NCBI GenBank assembly: GCA_001599295.1
Contig: BCGN01000003.1
Location: forward strand, 1,116,001-1,180,000
DNA from: Sporopachydermia quercuum
Taxonomy: Eukaryota
Length of the DNA stretch: 64,000 nucleotides
Direction of reading: 5' to 3'
Positions 1 to 11,018 of this stretch are shown in pieces. The notes below the pieces were generated by a model. The model was not told the DNA's origin and did not search any database. It was given only the letters and a program-made list of their open reading frames with translations. Made by a program: the position numbers and the translations under genes. The first letter of the stretch is position 1, and each line of letters begins with the position of its first letter.

Positions 1-1
1 T

Positions 2-331
2 ACTGTTGTATATATGCACGGTGATATGTCTCAAGGAGAAAGAGATAAGATCATGAAGGATTTCCGTCAAGGGAATTCCAGAGTGCTTATATCAACTGAT
101 GTTTGGGCTAGAGGTATTGATGTTCAACAAGTTTCGTTAGTTATTAACTATGATCTACCATCGAATCGTGAAAATTATATTCATCGCATTGGAAGAAGTG
201 GTCGTTTTGGTAGAAAAGGTGTGGCCATTAATTTTGTTACTAATGAAGAGGTACCTCTACTGCATGATATCGAGCAGTATTATAGTATTCAGATCAGTGA
301 AATGCCAATGAATATCAATGAACTAACATAA
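2..331 (+). CDS. FAL1: DEAD-box helicase eIF4A-III/Fal1, 3' part (5' end outside window)
   Basis: The frame is open from position 2 (TVVYMHGDM...). It has helicase motifs [10 protein letters not shown] and [13 protein letters not shown]; the W in TDVWARG is typical of eIF4A-III. It lies next to ATG31 and SES1, as in S. cerevisiae YDR021W-023W. Confidence 0.92.
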   Translation, partial: TVVYMHGDMSQGERDKIMKDFRQGNSRVLISTDVWARGIDVQQVSLVINYDLPSNRENYIHRIGRSGRFGRKGVAINFVTNEEVPLLHDIEQYYSIQISEMPMNINELT

Positions 332-517
332 GACTGTTATAATTACCATGCTCCTTCATGTATATGTGTGCATGGCTGTATGATTATGTTTAATTTGTTA
401 TATACTGTCACACACTTACAGTGATAACTGTGTTGTATAATATCAATTATGATTGACAGAGACTTTCAAGCACTCCTCTGTTGCAAACAAATATGAATCG
501 TATGTCTAATACGTAGT

Positions 518-1306
518 TCACTCAATCTTCTCAGAATCCTCAATTTTGGGCTCCAATGTTTGTTTCAATTGGTTGGACCTTAGTTTGAATATTTCCCCTA
601 GTTTAGATACATACAATAAATCATCTTTGATACTACTAGCTCCTAAAATTGCATCTGGATTAAGTGTATCACTATGTAATGATGACCTAGTACCTTCTAT
701 TGTAATAAATGTTGTATCAGAATCTGGTGAGATAGAAAATCTATCAAAAGTATCACTGCTCTCTTTATCAACAGGTTGTGTTTTGGTTACTTTTGTCACT
801 TGCCAGATATCAGACAAACACTGTACTTGTTTGATTGAATGTCCATCTTCCTTAAAATCTATGACAATCACGTCTTTACTTGTAGACTCTTCCGTTATTC
901 GTTCTTCTGTATCTTCTATGTCATCAGAGAAAACATACTTGATGGATGGATAGAATACAGTAGGATGTTTCAAGATGTTGTCATATGATTGGTTTGCAGT
1001 TCCACTACTATCCTTTGGATTTCTCAAAGTTGAATGGATATTCTCTGTACTATTGAAATAAGTATAACCATTGTTGCTAGAATTACTGGCAATTCCAGTG
1101 CTATTGTTTAACAGGTTAGCCATCTCAACATCAACTGATCTCAAATCCAGAGTGAGAACTTCTTTCTGTAGAAGCAGCTCATTTTCTAGTTCTAACCTTT
1201 TCAGTACTGATCGTCCTCNGTCTACAACAGATTTATCATGAATTGTAACAAAGAAAGGTAAGCTTGATGTTGCCCATGATGGGGAAGTTCTGGATTTTCT
1301 TGACAT
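518..1306 (-). CDS. ATG31: Autophagy protein Atg31 (Atg17-Atg29-Atg31 complex)
   Basis: Motifs VTIHDKSV, FYPSIKYVFSDD and VIVIDFKEDG..IKQVQCLSD resemble recalled S. cerevisiae Atg31 (VTVYDKNV, FPTNIKYIFED, VIIVQLDESG). Position and orientation between FAL1 and SES1 match YDR022C. Confidence 0.78.
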   Translation of the reverse strand: MSRKSRTSPSWATSSLPFFVTIHDKSVVDXGRSVLKRLELENELLLQKEVLTLDLRSVDVEMANLLNNSTGIASNSSNNGYTYFNSTENIHSTLRNPKDSSGTANQSYDNILKHPTVFYPSIKYVFSDDIEDTEERITEESTSKDVIVIDFKEDGHSIKQVQCLSDIWQVTKVTKTQPVDKESSDTFDRFSISPDSDTTFITIEGTRSSLHSDTLNPDAILGASSIKDDLLYVSKLGEIFKLRSNQLKQTLEPKIEDSEKIE

Positions 1307-1697
1307 TGTTACTTTGGTTTTGAAATATTATCACATCAGCTGCCTACTAGTTTCAATACTAACTGATATCAAGCAACCACAAGAGAAACCGTTCATATCA
1401 TTTTGTCCATCTCCCGCACTATTCCATTTATTATAGTACATTTGAACAGACAAACAAGCAGTTTTCTTTCCTTTTCTCTTCCCTATAATATCATCATTCT
1501 TTGTTCAATACATCACGTAACCCTTTACGCTGGAAGAGTAAAGAGGACAATTATCAATTTATTCGCTTTATCTAACTCACGTTACTCTTAACTTCTCACT
1601 GATAACATCATCATTAAAGCTCACATCAGCTCTCACTTCACAAGTATCTTCAGATCTTCCTAAATAGATTCACCACCAATTATCAATCAATGATAAC

Positions 1698-1705
1698 TTA
1701 CCCGG
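1698..1705 (+). promoter_or_regulatory. Reb1-type site TTACCCGG in the divergent ATG31/SES1 promoter
   Basis: Exact TTACCCGG, ~195 bp upstream of the SES1 ATG. The same octamer recurs in two other promoters in the window. Confidence 0.6.
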
Positions 1706-1898
1706 ACATTTTAAACAGTGAGGGTGATTCACAAGAGCGAAATACAGGTTTTCCAGTGACAGCAAAATTGACTATACGTGAGGATTTTTTTCAGCCTTGA
1801 GAAAGTACAAGGTAGAGTAAATGGTGGAGTATAAAGTTATTGGACGCAATAGCTGTAGATTCAGTTATTATATTTCTTGAATGAGCAGCTAGTACGAA

Positions 1899-3441
1899 AT
1901 GTTGGATATCTATCAATTTATTGAAGAGAAGGGAGGAAACCCTGAAGCAATCAAGGCTTCTCAACGAGCCAGAGGTGCACGAGTCGAATTAGTCGATGAA
2001 ATCATCAGTGAATATAAAGAATGGGTTAAAAGTATGTAAATGAGATATTTGGATTATATCATATGAAGATTTTACAACTGAGTTAGCTTTTATGGAAGAC
2101 GACTTCATGGAGATCTTCTATTTGCAATTGATCAGGAGAATTGTCATCGCATCACAAAGATAATAGAGTAACACTTTCTAACATAATTTAGTCCGATTTG
2201 AACTCGATGAATGCAACAAAGAATTAAACAAAGTCCAAAAGGCTATTGGTCTGAAATTCAAGGCCAAGGAAGATGCTTCAGAGCTTTTGAAGGAAAAGGA
2301 AGAAGTTGCTGCTAAGAAGGCCAAGCTTATCGAAGTAGAGGCAGACGTAGAAAAGCAAATGAGATTCAAAGTAAATCAAGTTGGTAACATTGTTCATGAA
2401 AGTGTTCCTATTAGTTTGGATGAAGCCAACAATAGTTTGGTTAGAAAGTGGGCTCCAGAATCGGTGGAAGTAGGTAAAATTGCATCTGCTACTGGTGCTC
2501 CAGCTAAACTTTCTCACCATGAAGTTTTAACTAGATTAGATGGTTATGATCCTGAAAGAGGAGCAAGATTAGTTGGACATCGGGGTTATTTCTTGAGAAA
2601 CTACGGTGTTTTCTTGAACCAAGCTTTGATCAACTATGGCCTAAGTGTTTTAGTTAAGAAGGGTTATATTCCTTTACAAGCCCCAGTAATGATGAATAAG
2701 GAGGTTATGGCCAAGACTGCTCAATTGTCTCAATTTGATGAAGAGTTATACAAAGTGTTAGATGGTGAGGATGAGAAGTATCTTATTGCTACTTCTGAAC
2801 AACCGATCTCTGCCTATCATGCTANTGAATGGTTTGAAAGACCTAGTGAACAATTGCCCACCAGATATGCCGGTTATTCCTCNTGTTTCAGGCGTGAAGC
2901 TGGTGCTCACGGTAAGGATGCTTGGGGTATCTTCAGAGTCCATGCTTTTGAGAAGATCGAACAATTTACTCTCACAGAACCTGAAAAGTCATGGGAAGAA
3001 TTCGATAGAATGATTGGTATCTCTGAAGAATTCTATCAAAGCTTGAAACTACCTTACAGAGTTGTTGGAATCGTTTCTGGTGAGTTGAATAACGCGGCTG
3101 CTAAGAAGTATGATCTAGAAGCCTGGTTCCCATTCCAAGAAGAATACAAGGAACTTGTCAGTTGTTCTAACTGTACTGATTATCAATCCAGAAATCTAGA
3201 GATCAGATGTGGTGTTAAGAAAGCCGGTGACAAGGAAAAGAAGTACGTTCACTGTTTGAACTCTACTCTTTGCGCTACCGAAAGAGCTCTTTGCTGTATT
3301 TTAGAAAACTATCAAACTGAAGATGGTTTGGTTATTCCTGAAGTTTTGAGAAAGTACATTCCTGGTGAACCAGAATTCTTACCTTTTGTAAAGGAACTTC
3401 CCAAGGATTCTACATCTGCTAAAAAAGCCGCTAAGAAATAG
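1899..3441 (+). CDS. SES1: Cytosolic seryl-tRNA synthetase, 2 exons
   Basis: Exons 1899-2031 and 2192-3441; intron GTATGT...TTCTAAC...TAG. The spliced N-terminus reads MLDIYQFIEEKGGNPE...EWVK/IRFELDE. Class II aaRS motifs IATSEQP, FRREAG and ELVSCSNCTDYQSR are present. Confidence 0.97.
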
Positions 3442-3919
3442 ATGATTGTATAGTTGTAATACATACTTACTTATATATTTAATAGCTCGTCGCAGAAGCG
3501 AGAAATGCAATGATGGTTGATTGAAACTGGGAAGCTGGAAGTTTGAGACGTGAATGAAGAGATGAACACTTCAAAAAAGTTACTATCTTATCAACGAAAA
3601 ACAATTGCAATACCAAATTTCAGTTTCTATATGTATATCTCCAGTTACTCTCATTCTCCTATTTTATCCTTCCTGCAGCTTGAGAGCTACAGATTCGAAA
3701 GAATGTCAATTTTTATTGAAAGTACATCATCAAGCAAGCTCAGAANCACTATATCAACCATTCTTGCATAGTTTAACACATCAAATCTTCAAACATCAAT
3801 AACCACATCCGCCAGTATTCCACTTGTCTCTCAGGAATACATACATCTAACTGTAGCTAAGGCATTTAGCTCTGTTTCCATTACATACATATTTATCTGA
3901 TGCCATTGCAATGCTGTAG

Positions 3920-4012
3920 ATCACGTGCGCNCATTCCCAACTTTAACCTTATTCCCAACTTTAAGATATCTTCGAGGCTGAATACCCAGATAGGCGAAAT
4001 ATACCACGTGAT
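3920..4012. promoter_or_regulatory. Two ATCACGTG E-boxes (Cbf1/bHLH type) flanking a 14-bp direct repeat, upstream of the YBR287W-like gene
   Basis: ATCACGTG at 3920 (+) and CACGTGAT near 4005. ATTCCCAACTTTAA occurs twice (3933, 3951). Confidence 0.4.
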
Positions 4013-4432
4013 ATTGCACAACAAGTGAAAAATTATGAAGAATCATGATGGTCTTGATGTAGTTTATTAGTAATGACATAGTACTCGAAAGCCTTCATGA
4101 AAGAAAGTAGTTAACCCAAATGTTGTTCCGTTCTCACCGCCTGTTATCCTTCCCTACCTTCTAACCCTTAGCGTTTTGTGAGTATTGGCTATATCATTAT
4201 CGACCTCATTCCTGGCAAACTTGGGTGTTCATCATTTCATTGTTCAATCATAGTAGCTTCTAATTTCTAAGAAATAGATAGATAGAGCAACTACAGAGCT
4301 ACCAAGCGAATTGGGTTTTTTTGGTGGTTGCAAGAGATAGATGGCAATTTGTCTTCATTGATTGAATCTTTGGATGGTGGAATGATTGATTANTTGCAAT
4401 ACTGGACTCATATTTAAATCAATTACACAACC

Positions 4433-5755
4433 ATGTCACTAGAGGGAATCAATTACCTGTCTATTGTTCAAATAGCAGGACTCGCATGTATGCAAGTAGT
4501 AGCATTAGCAATGGTTGGATATATTGCTGGAAAATTTAAAATCATATCCCATGATCTCGAAAGAAGAATATCCAAACTAAATATTGAGTTGTTCACACCA
4601 TTTCTAGTATTCAGCCAGTTAGCGAGTTCTCTAAAGTTTGAAAATCTTCAAGTATTGGTGGTGATGCCTTTATTCTTCTTAACATCATTATTCATTTGCC
4701 TTTCAGTTGCGAATGTAGTTTCATCATTATTTGGCATCAGAGGTAAATCAATGGCATCAGAAAAAAACTTCGTTACAGCTATCACAGTTTTTGGTACAAC
4801 AACTTCGTTACCAGTTTCTTTGATAGTATCCCTTTCACAGACATTACCAAATGTACTTTGGGTTCAAATACCAGATGATTCAAGTTCAGAGGTGCTATCG
4901 CGCGGGTTACTTTATTTGGTGACATTGCAACAACTGGCACAGATTCTAAAATGGTCTTGGGGTTATAATTATCTTCTGAAAAACGATACCCTTGTGGATG
5001 ATGATGTTGAATCTGTTTATGAAGAAATGACAGTTGACGATGCCAAATCCACAGTGGTAACTGAAACCAGTTCTTTAATCAATGAAACAACAATTATGCC
5101 AATGTACACCAGGACTGAAATAGAGAAGAAAGACAGCTTTTTAATCATTCATCATAGAAGAAACATTAGCTTTCTGAAGAGGATTGCTAAGTTTATGAAT
5201 CCACCACTTTATGCATGCTTTGCTGCAGTTATTGTTGCANTTTTTCCGCCATTACAAAGGTTATTGTTTGTTGATAACGGAGTGATACAGAAAACAGTAG
5301 GCAATACTATCACACAAGTTGGTAATATTGCTGTACCACTTTTAACTATCTGTTTGGGATGCAGCTTCAGTGTTTCANCATATGAGTACTCGCAAGGTGA
5401 TAACAATGCTGAGCTGACTGAAGAGCATGTTGTTTCATCTCCACATCAAGGCAAGCTTGTATTTGTCTCTTTATTATGTAGAATGGTCATTACTCCTTTG
5501 ATTATTCTTCCTCTATTCACCGTGGTGACAGTTTTTGTTCCTTTACCAATTGTAACCGACCCAATATTCATACTCACCGTGTTTATTGTTACAATTGGAC
5601 CTCCAGCAGTTCAGCTGTCTCAGATCTGTCAGTTGAATGGTGTGTATGAAAAGGAAATTGGTGCTACTTTATTTGCTGGCTATGTTTTTCTAAGTACGCC
5701 ATTTGCTATTGGAGCTGTTTTGCTTAGCTCATGGGTTATATCTGTTGTTGGTTGA
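4433..5755 (+). CDS. Auxin-efflux-carrier/PILS (Mem_trans) family membrane protein, YBR287W-like
   Basis: Two hydrophobic helix bundles with a central loop. SLPVSLIVSLSQTLPNVLWVQIPDD..SRGLLYL..QQLAQILKWSWGYN, FMNPPL and PPAVQLSQICQLN match recalled YBR287W-family motifs. Confidence 0.85.
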   Translation: MSLEGINYLSIVQIAGLACMQVVALAMVGYIAGKFKIISHDLERRISKLNIELFTPFLVFSQLASSLKFENLQVLVVMPLFFLTSLFICLSVANVVSSLFGIRGKSMASEKNFVTAITVFGTTTSLPVSLIVSLSQTLPNVLWVQIPDDSSSEVLSRGLLYLVTLQQLAQILKWSWGYNYLLKNDTLVDDDVESVYEEMTVDDAKSTVVTETSSLINETTIMPMYTRTEIEKKDSFLIIHHRRNISFLKRIAKFMNPPLYACFAAVIVAXFPPLQRLLFVDNGVIQKTVGNTITQVGNIAVPLLTICLGCSFSVSXYEYSQGDNNAELTEEHVVSSPHQGKLVFVSLLCRMVITPLIILPLFTVVTVFVPLPIVTDPIFILTVFIVTIGPPAVQLSQICQLNGVYEKEIGATLFAGYVFLSTPFAIGAVLLSSWVISVVG

Positions 5756-5820
5756 GTTGATGAGATATGTTGCATTAGAGAGGCGCATAGTTTTTGTTTT
5801 ATTCATGGGTTTGGTTTGAA

Positions 5821-5852
5821 GGTTGACGGTTGAAGGTTGAAGGTTGAAGGTT
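5821..5852 (+). repeat. Heptamer microsatellite (GGTTGAA) x ~4.5
   Basis: ggttgac ggttgaa ggttgaa ggttgaa ggtt, read directly. Confidence 0.8.
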
Positions 5853-6530
5853 TTTCTGTATTTATTCTCATTTCAGTTTCATTTTCTTTTCGGTTTTTCA
5901 TTTGATATATTTGAGGAGGTCAGGGGGTGTATATTTATGTTTTATGGTTGTTCTGTTCAGTGGAGGGAGAAAAAAGATTACCATTCGTGATAGATCAATA
6001 AATCTGTTCTATTCATGTGCTTATTGTTCTTAGTTACCATTTACTCTTGAGATTTGTAGCTCTATTTTATAGGATCGCAGTTGAGTGTTTATTTGCAAGA
6101 AAGGCTTACATTGTTTCAAACTCGTCTTGAAAACCATTTGTCAACTTGTGCCACGCTTGTTAATAGCTAATGTAAAGAATTGTGCTGCATCATGGTAAAG
6201 TCATTATTTGTACGTCAAATTGGACTAACAGAAGAATGGGAACTATTGATAATTTAATGATAACATGATCAATATTTATTTAATTCTTATCACGTAAGCA
6301 TTAAAAATTATAAATATGCAGTTATATGCAGCAGTTTGCCAAAGTTTAAATGCGAAATACATGTACATAAAAATTCAAACCTAATTGCTGTGTTTCTATA
6401 TTCTCATCTCCTCTACGGGCTATTACTATCTTATCAACAACTCTTTAACTGCAGTTTATGACTTGAATTATGTATATCTGAATAGAATTTTAACAATGCA
6501 TCAGTTTTGAGTACTCCAAAGCTACTTGCA

Positions 6531-7927
6531 ATGTCGGCGTCAACTCTAGACCTTAATGCTCGTACTAGTCAGTGCATTGTTGTGCTTGTTGGTGGAGGCC
6601 ACTGTGCTGGTAAAGTATGTACCATTGCTATTCGTTAGGTATTAATTACTTACGATTGAAGGACCACTTGGAAATCGGAAGAATGTGTAAAAAAGCTGAA
6701 GAGGATTAACCAGTTTTGAATTATGGAGTCTGTACTATACGCAATCGCCATTCTTCTGGCTATTCCTTCTAATAATCATCATTACTAACCTTGATTTATC
6801 ATCCCTACAGACAACAGTAGCAAGAAACATAGAAGAACGACTGAAAGCACTATATCAATTAACTGAAAGCCTCAAAGTGTCACAAGTGGATCTAAACCAG
6901 TATTTATTAGAGCCGGAAGTCAACCCTGGTGGATTCAATGGTCATAGAAAGATAATTCTACCAAGCCTGTTTGATTTCTCTATGCTTGATGCAAAGCTAG
7001 ATGAGTTAGAGAGTTCTTCTGATGGATATCATGTTATTATTGTCCATGGAATCTATGTTTTATATGACAAAACACTAAGGAGTCGTGCATCCATTAAAGT
7101 GTTTGTTGATAGTGATGCTGATACCAGATTATGTCGATGGAGTAAGATTTTCTTTGATTTGATTCGTGTTATGTTGGTACTTACTAGAAGGAGGGAATAA
7201 ATTGACGATTGTTAGCTATAGGATCGTGATCTTATAAAGTATAATTAACTTGGAAATACTAACAATATAATTCTAGTAAGAAGGGATATTTCTGATGCAC
7301 CAGAGAAACTATCAGATCTACTAGATACCGTATGTTCCTCATTTGATCAACATTTCATTTTGACTTTTTCATTAATGAATGATTGGTAAAGATATGCATG
7401 TATTTTTGGTACATATTGATAACCAGTACATCGCCTACTACATTCATTAGTATATTGAACGCTAAGTTTTACAATAATTGCAATCACTAACCTCATTTAT
7501 TTATTCCAGTATCTGAAATACTCTAGAGTGGAGATGAATGAGTTTGTTCTACCTGTAAGTATTTGTTACTACAATTAAGAATAGGTATTGATGCTATTCT
7601 ATTGGTTTAGTACCAACAATGTATTGGCTCATAGAAATTTCACCTCCTGTTCATTGAAACTTATAGAATTGATTGTTGATTCAGCAGTACTAACACACCT
7701 TACACTAGACAAAACAGTTTGCTGATGTTATATTACCAAAAGGATCAGAAGGAATTGGTGTTGAGTTGGTGATAGGCGGAATAGAAGATAAAATAGAGTT
7801 TTTGATGGGAAGGGAAACATTGAGAAAGACATTTGATAATGAAATAGACGTGCCAGGAATCTCGAATCTGAATTTTAAAGGTGAAGAGTTTGATGGTCAA
7901 AAATCAACATTCTATGATGCAGTGTAA
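6531..7927 (+). CDS. DAS2: Uridine-kinase-like protein Das2, 5 exons, 243 aa
   Basis: Exons 6531-6614, 6811-7141, 7277-7329, 7510-7554 and 7709-7927. All introns are GT..AG with branch points, and the frame is preserved. Motifs VGGGHCAGK/TT, KVFVDSDADTRL, EMNEFVLP/TKQFADVILP and C-terminal FYDAV. DAS2 (YDR020C) neighbours FAL1 in S. cerevisiae. Confidence 0.88.
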
Positions 7928-8227
7928 ATGAAGTATTTGAATAGCAGTAACAGTAGTAACAATGACGGGCATAAGTAAATCATAGGATTAGAACAAAATG
8001 AGAATAAGATGAGCATAAGAATGAACACAGTTTACATCTCAATACATACATCAACAGATACATGATTCTATTTATTATCATATCAAACTTATACGTCTAT
8101 TAACCGTCACGAAAAAGCATCATATATGATGTACATAAAGATGACTAGAAAAAAAATAAATTGGTTGTATAATATGAGATACAATAGACCTTTGAGTCCC
8201 AAAATACTCTTGAAGATTCAAAAAGAG

Positions 8228-9853
8228 TCATCCCCATATTCCTAAGGGAGAGTATCCTTCAGCTTCATACTTCTTGATCCTCTTGGCAAGAATTCCCACC
8301 AGCATTGGAGCAACCAAAGTGCACAGTACAATGCTCCATGTCACTATGATGTATACTTGAGAAGAGTCATTGCGCGACTCATCTGGAGACCGGAAGACTC
8401 CTTGCGCTTCCGCAATCGAAGAAATTAAAAATCCAATTTCACCTCTCGGAACCATTGCTAAACCAAGCAAAGCGGAAGAGTAAATGTTGCTATTTAGTCG
8501 CTTGGCATCAGCAGTACTTTCCGAATTACTAATACTCCTTTTATGCAGTAACNAAATCCCACACATCAATTTTGCCAATAGCATCAATAATGTATATACA
8601 ATCCCTTTCCAGATTAGTCTTCCAACAAACATCCTTGAGATAGGAATAGAAAAGCCAAAACTACCAAACAGCATTGGTTTAAACATCCGTCTTACCAAGG
8701 ACGAGCAGTATATTTCGAATAGCACAGTACCTGCTGTAGAGCTTTCTTCACATGAAATCATGTTCGAATTCTCTTGACGACTGCAGCCATTATCATCAAT
8801 AACATCGGCTTTCAATTCATCACGCATTGCGTCTGCATGCTGGACTGAGTCGTTTGATTTATCTGGTGATTCAAATCTCCTAGCAATACACATACACTCA
8901 TCATTTCCTTTAATTACACATCCACCATCTTTACTATTTTTTTCTGGCAACCTATGTTCAAACACTTCGCTTCCTTTAAACTGAGGTACCTCGTTATCCC
9001 ACCATGATATTGCTGCCCCAGTCAAGTAAGCTGCTGTTAATCCTGATGCGCCTGCATACATTGCTCCTGTAATCAAGCCAAGAAGAATCAAGGTATGTAT
9101 CATAAGCACTACCGGTTGGTTGATGCTATTCAATCGCTTGCAAATGCTATTCTCTCCATTATTCTTTCGGTACTTGTTCAACCGGATCGTAGCCGGTCTT
9201 ATTATTAACCAGCAGCTCAATAAAACGACAGTAATCAGGCCAAGTGAAACAAGCACCGGTCTGATTACCGTGACGTAACTAAAGGTACCATTCCCCATGT
9301 TTGAAATAATTTGAACCATAATCAGACCTACAATATCATCAAGCATAGCAGCACTAGATAAAATAACCCCAAGTCTTGATTTTTCCAACTTACAAACAGC
9401 TAAAATGCTGAACACTGTTCCAAGACTAGTGGAACACAAGGCGGCACCTGCTGCAAAAGCAGCCTTCGCGGAAACATTAGAGATTCCCATTAAGGTGAAG
9501 CTTAATGCCATGGGTATCATGGTGCCTGTAGTGGCAACAGCACATGATCGCAACAGGTTCGAGGATAGCGTTCTGAATGAAGTTGAAAGTCCACCTTCAT
9601 AAACAATTAGTAGAAGGCCTATATAGCCAAGTTGAGTGANAACCTCTTGACCACTATGCGTAATCCAGTTCCCTCCAGGGACACCCCAAGCAATCCCAAT
9701 AAGAATCTGACCCACCAGGCCGCAAAAGAGGACNTTGTCTAGAACGCTATTAACGATATTGCTAAGTATGAAGAAGGACGATAATACCAAAAGCTGTACG
9801 GCTCCTAACTCTTCATAAGGCAAATACCCTTTAGAGGATGATTCTGAAACCAT
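8228..9853 (-). CDS. Cation/H+ antiporter, CPA2 (Na_H_Exchanger) family
   Basis: Multiple TM segments with GAALCSTSLG, SAAMLDDIVGL and GLAMVPRGEIG, which are CPA2 signatures. Intronless. Confidence 0.85.
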   Translation of the reverse strand: MVSESSSKGYLPYEELGAVQLLVLSSFFILSNIVNSVLDXVLFCGLVGQILIGIAWGVPGGNWITHSGQEVXTQLGYIGLLLIVYEGGLSTSFRTLSSNLLRSCAVATTGTMIPMALSFTLMGISNVSAKAAFAAGAALCSTSLGTVFSILAVCKLEKSRLGVILSSAAMLDDIVGLIMVQIISNMGNGTFSYVTVIRPVLVSLGLITVVLLSCWLIIRPATIRLNKYRKNNGENSICKRLNSINQPVVLMIHTLILLGLITGAMYAGASGLTAAYLTGAAISWWDNEVPQFKGSEVFEHRLPEKNSKDGGCVIKGNDECMCIARRFESPDKSNDSVQHADAMRDELKADVIDDNGCSRQENSNMISCEESSTAGTVLFEIYCSSLVRRMFKPMLFGSFGFSIPISRMFVGRLIWKGIVYTLLMLLAKLMCGIXLLHKRSISNSESTADAKRLNSNIYSSALLGLAMVPRGEIGFLISSIAEAQGVFRSPDESRNDSSQVYIIVTWSIVLCTLVAPMLVGILAKRIKKYEAEGYSPLGIWG

Positions 9854-11018
9854 TCTATGTAGCAGGAATTATCATCTGTACGGGATTCTCACTTGTTCAC
9901 TAGCTTTATCTCTGTGTGTTTCTCTGTCTCTTTTATCAATGTCTTCTATGTTTTAGCTATAACTTGAAGACAATGAAAACTTATCATACTCCACACTAAA
10001 TGATTGTTATAGTTGTTGTCGGACACAAGATATTGCCCCAGTATAAAGCCATTATTCTACTCAACTAACGTGGTAGATTGTCGGGATAGTCGTTCTACAA
10101 TAGAAGAGGCGAAAATCACCTCATAGCAAAGAATTAATTATAATAATCAATATAATCGGCAACATAAATAGGATTAGACATTCTATTAACACTTATATAT
10201 CTAATTATTCACTCATGGAACATGCTTTTATATAGCGGAATATATAGATATAGGATGATTATATCAATATTGTGCGAAGAAATCAATAGTCGAACCAAGC
10301 TATCAACATTTATTTTGGTGTCAAGACGGCATGCAAATCCTCCAATTTCTAGAAAAAAGTCCTATTTTGTTATCCCTATTGCCTATACAATTATACTAAA
10401 GATTTTATGTTTGTTGAGTACTTTCAGTTAAATGGCCAATGCATCCATTATGTAGTGACATACACTAGCAGGATACAAAGCCGAAGACTCTGTAAATACT
10501 ATAGGTTTGCGGCTGTATTGATATGAGTTACCAATTATTCATTAACCTCTGACATTTAAAACAGAGCAATGAAGTATGATAAGACTACTTTGTCATTCCC
10601 GAACGGAAAAAATAACTGCATTAGACTGAAAAAAAAAAAAAAAATAAAGCAATTGTCAACTCTTACCGTTGGGCTGCGAGAAACAGTGATCTGGTACCAG
10701 CTGCATGGACATGATTGAGCCAGGCAGGAATGAGCAGGCTTGATACTGGAAATTCCAGCTTTCCTCATGTTAGGTTTGTATACATAGTACGGTCCATATC
10801 TAAAGATTTGACTATTCTATGTGCCATATATTGTGGTAATGAAAGGTAAAATGGTATAAAATCCATACATATCAAACAAAACATCAAAATGAATGTATAG
10901 AAAGTGAACAAAGTCAACCTAGCTTAATTACATATCCCTTGACGGCTGAGATGCAATGAGANCCCTCTTTATGCTTATAACTTACTAACTCCTTACTATT
11001 GTAAGAGCTTGAATTGAT

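Noticed and set aside
3920..4012. Point-centromere CDEI (ATCACGTG)
   Set aside because: It is not followed by a highly AT-rich CDEII and a CDEIII; it is better explained as promoter E-boxes.
10686..10760. TPP-riboswitch-like words (TGATCTGG..ACCAGC; CTTGATACTGGAAATTCCAGC)
   Set aside because: There is no proper CTGAGA junction, P5 loop or GCG/P4 closure, and no adjacent thiamine gene.
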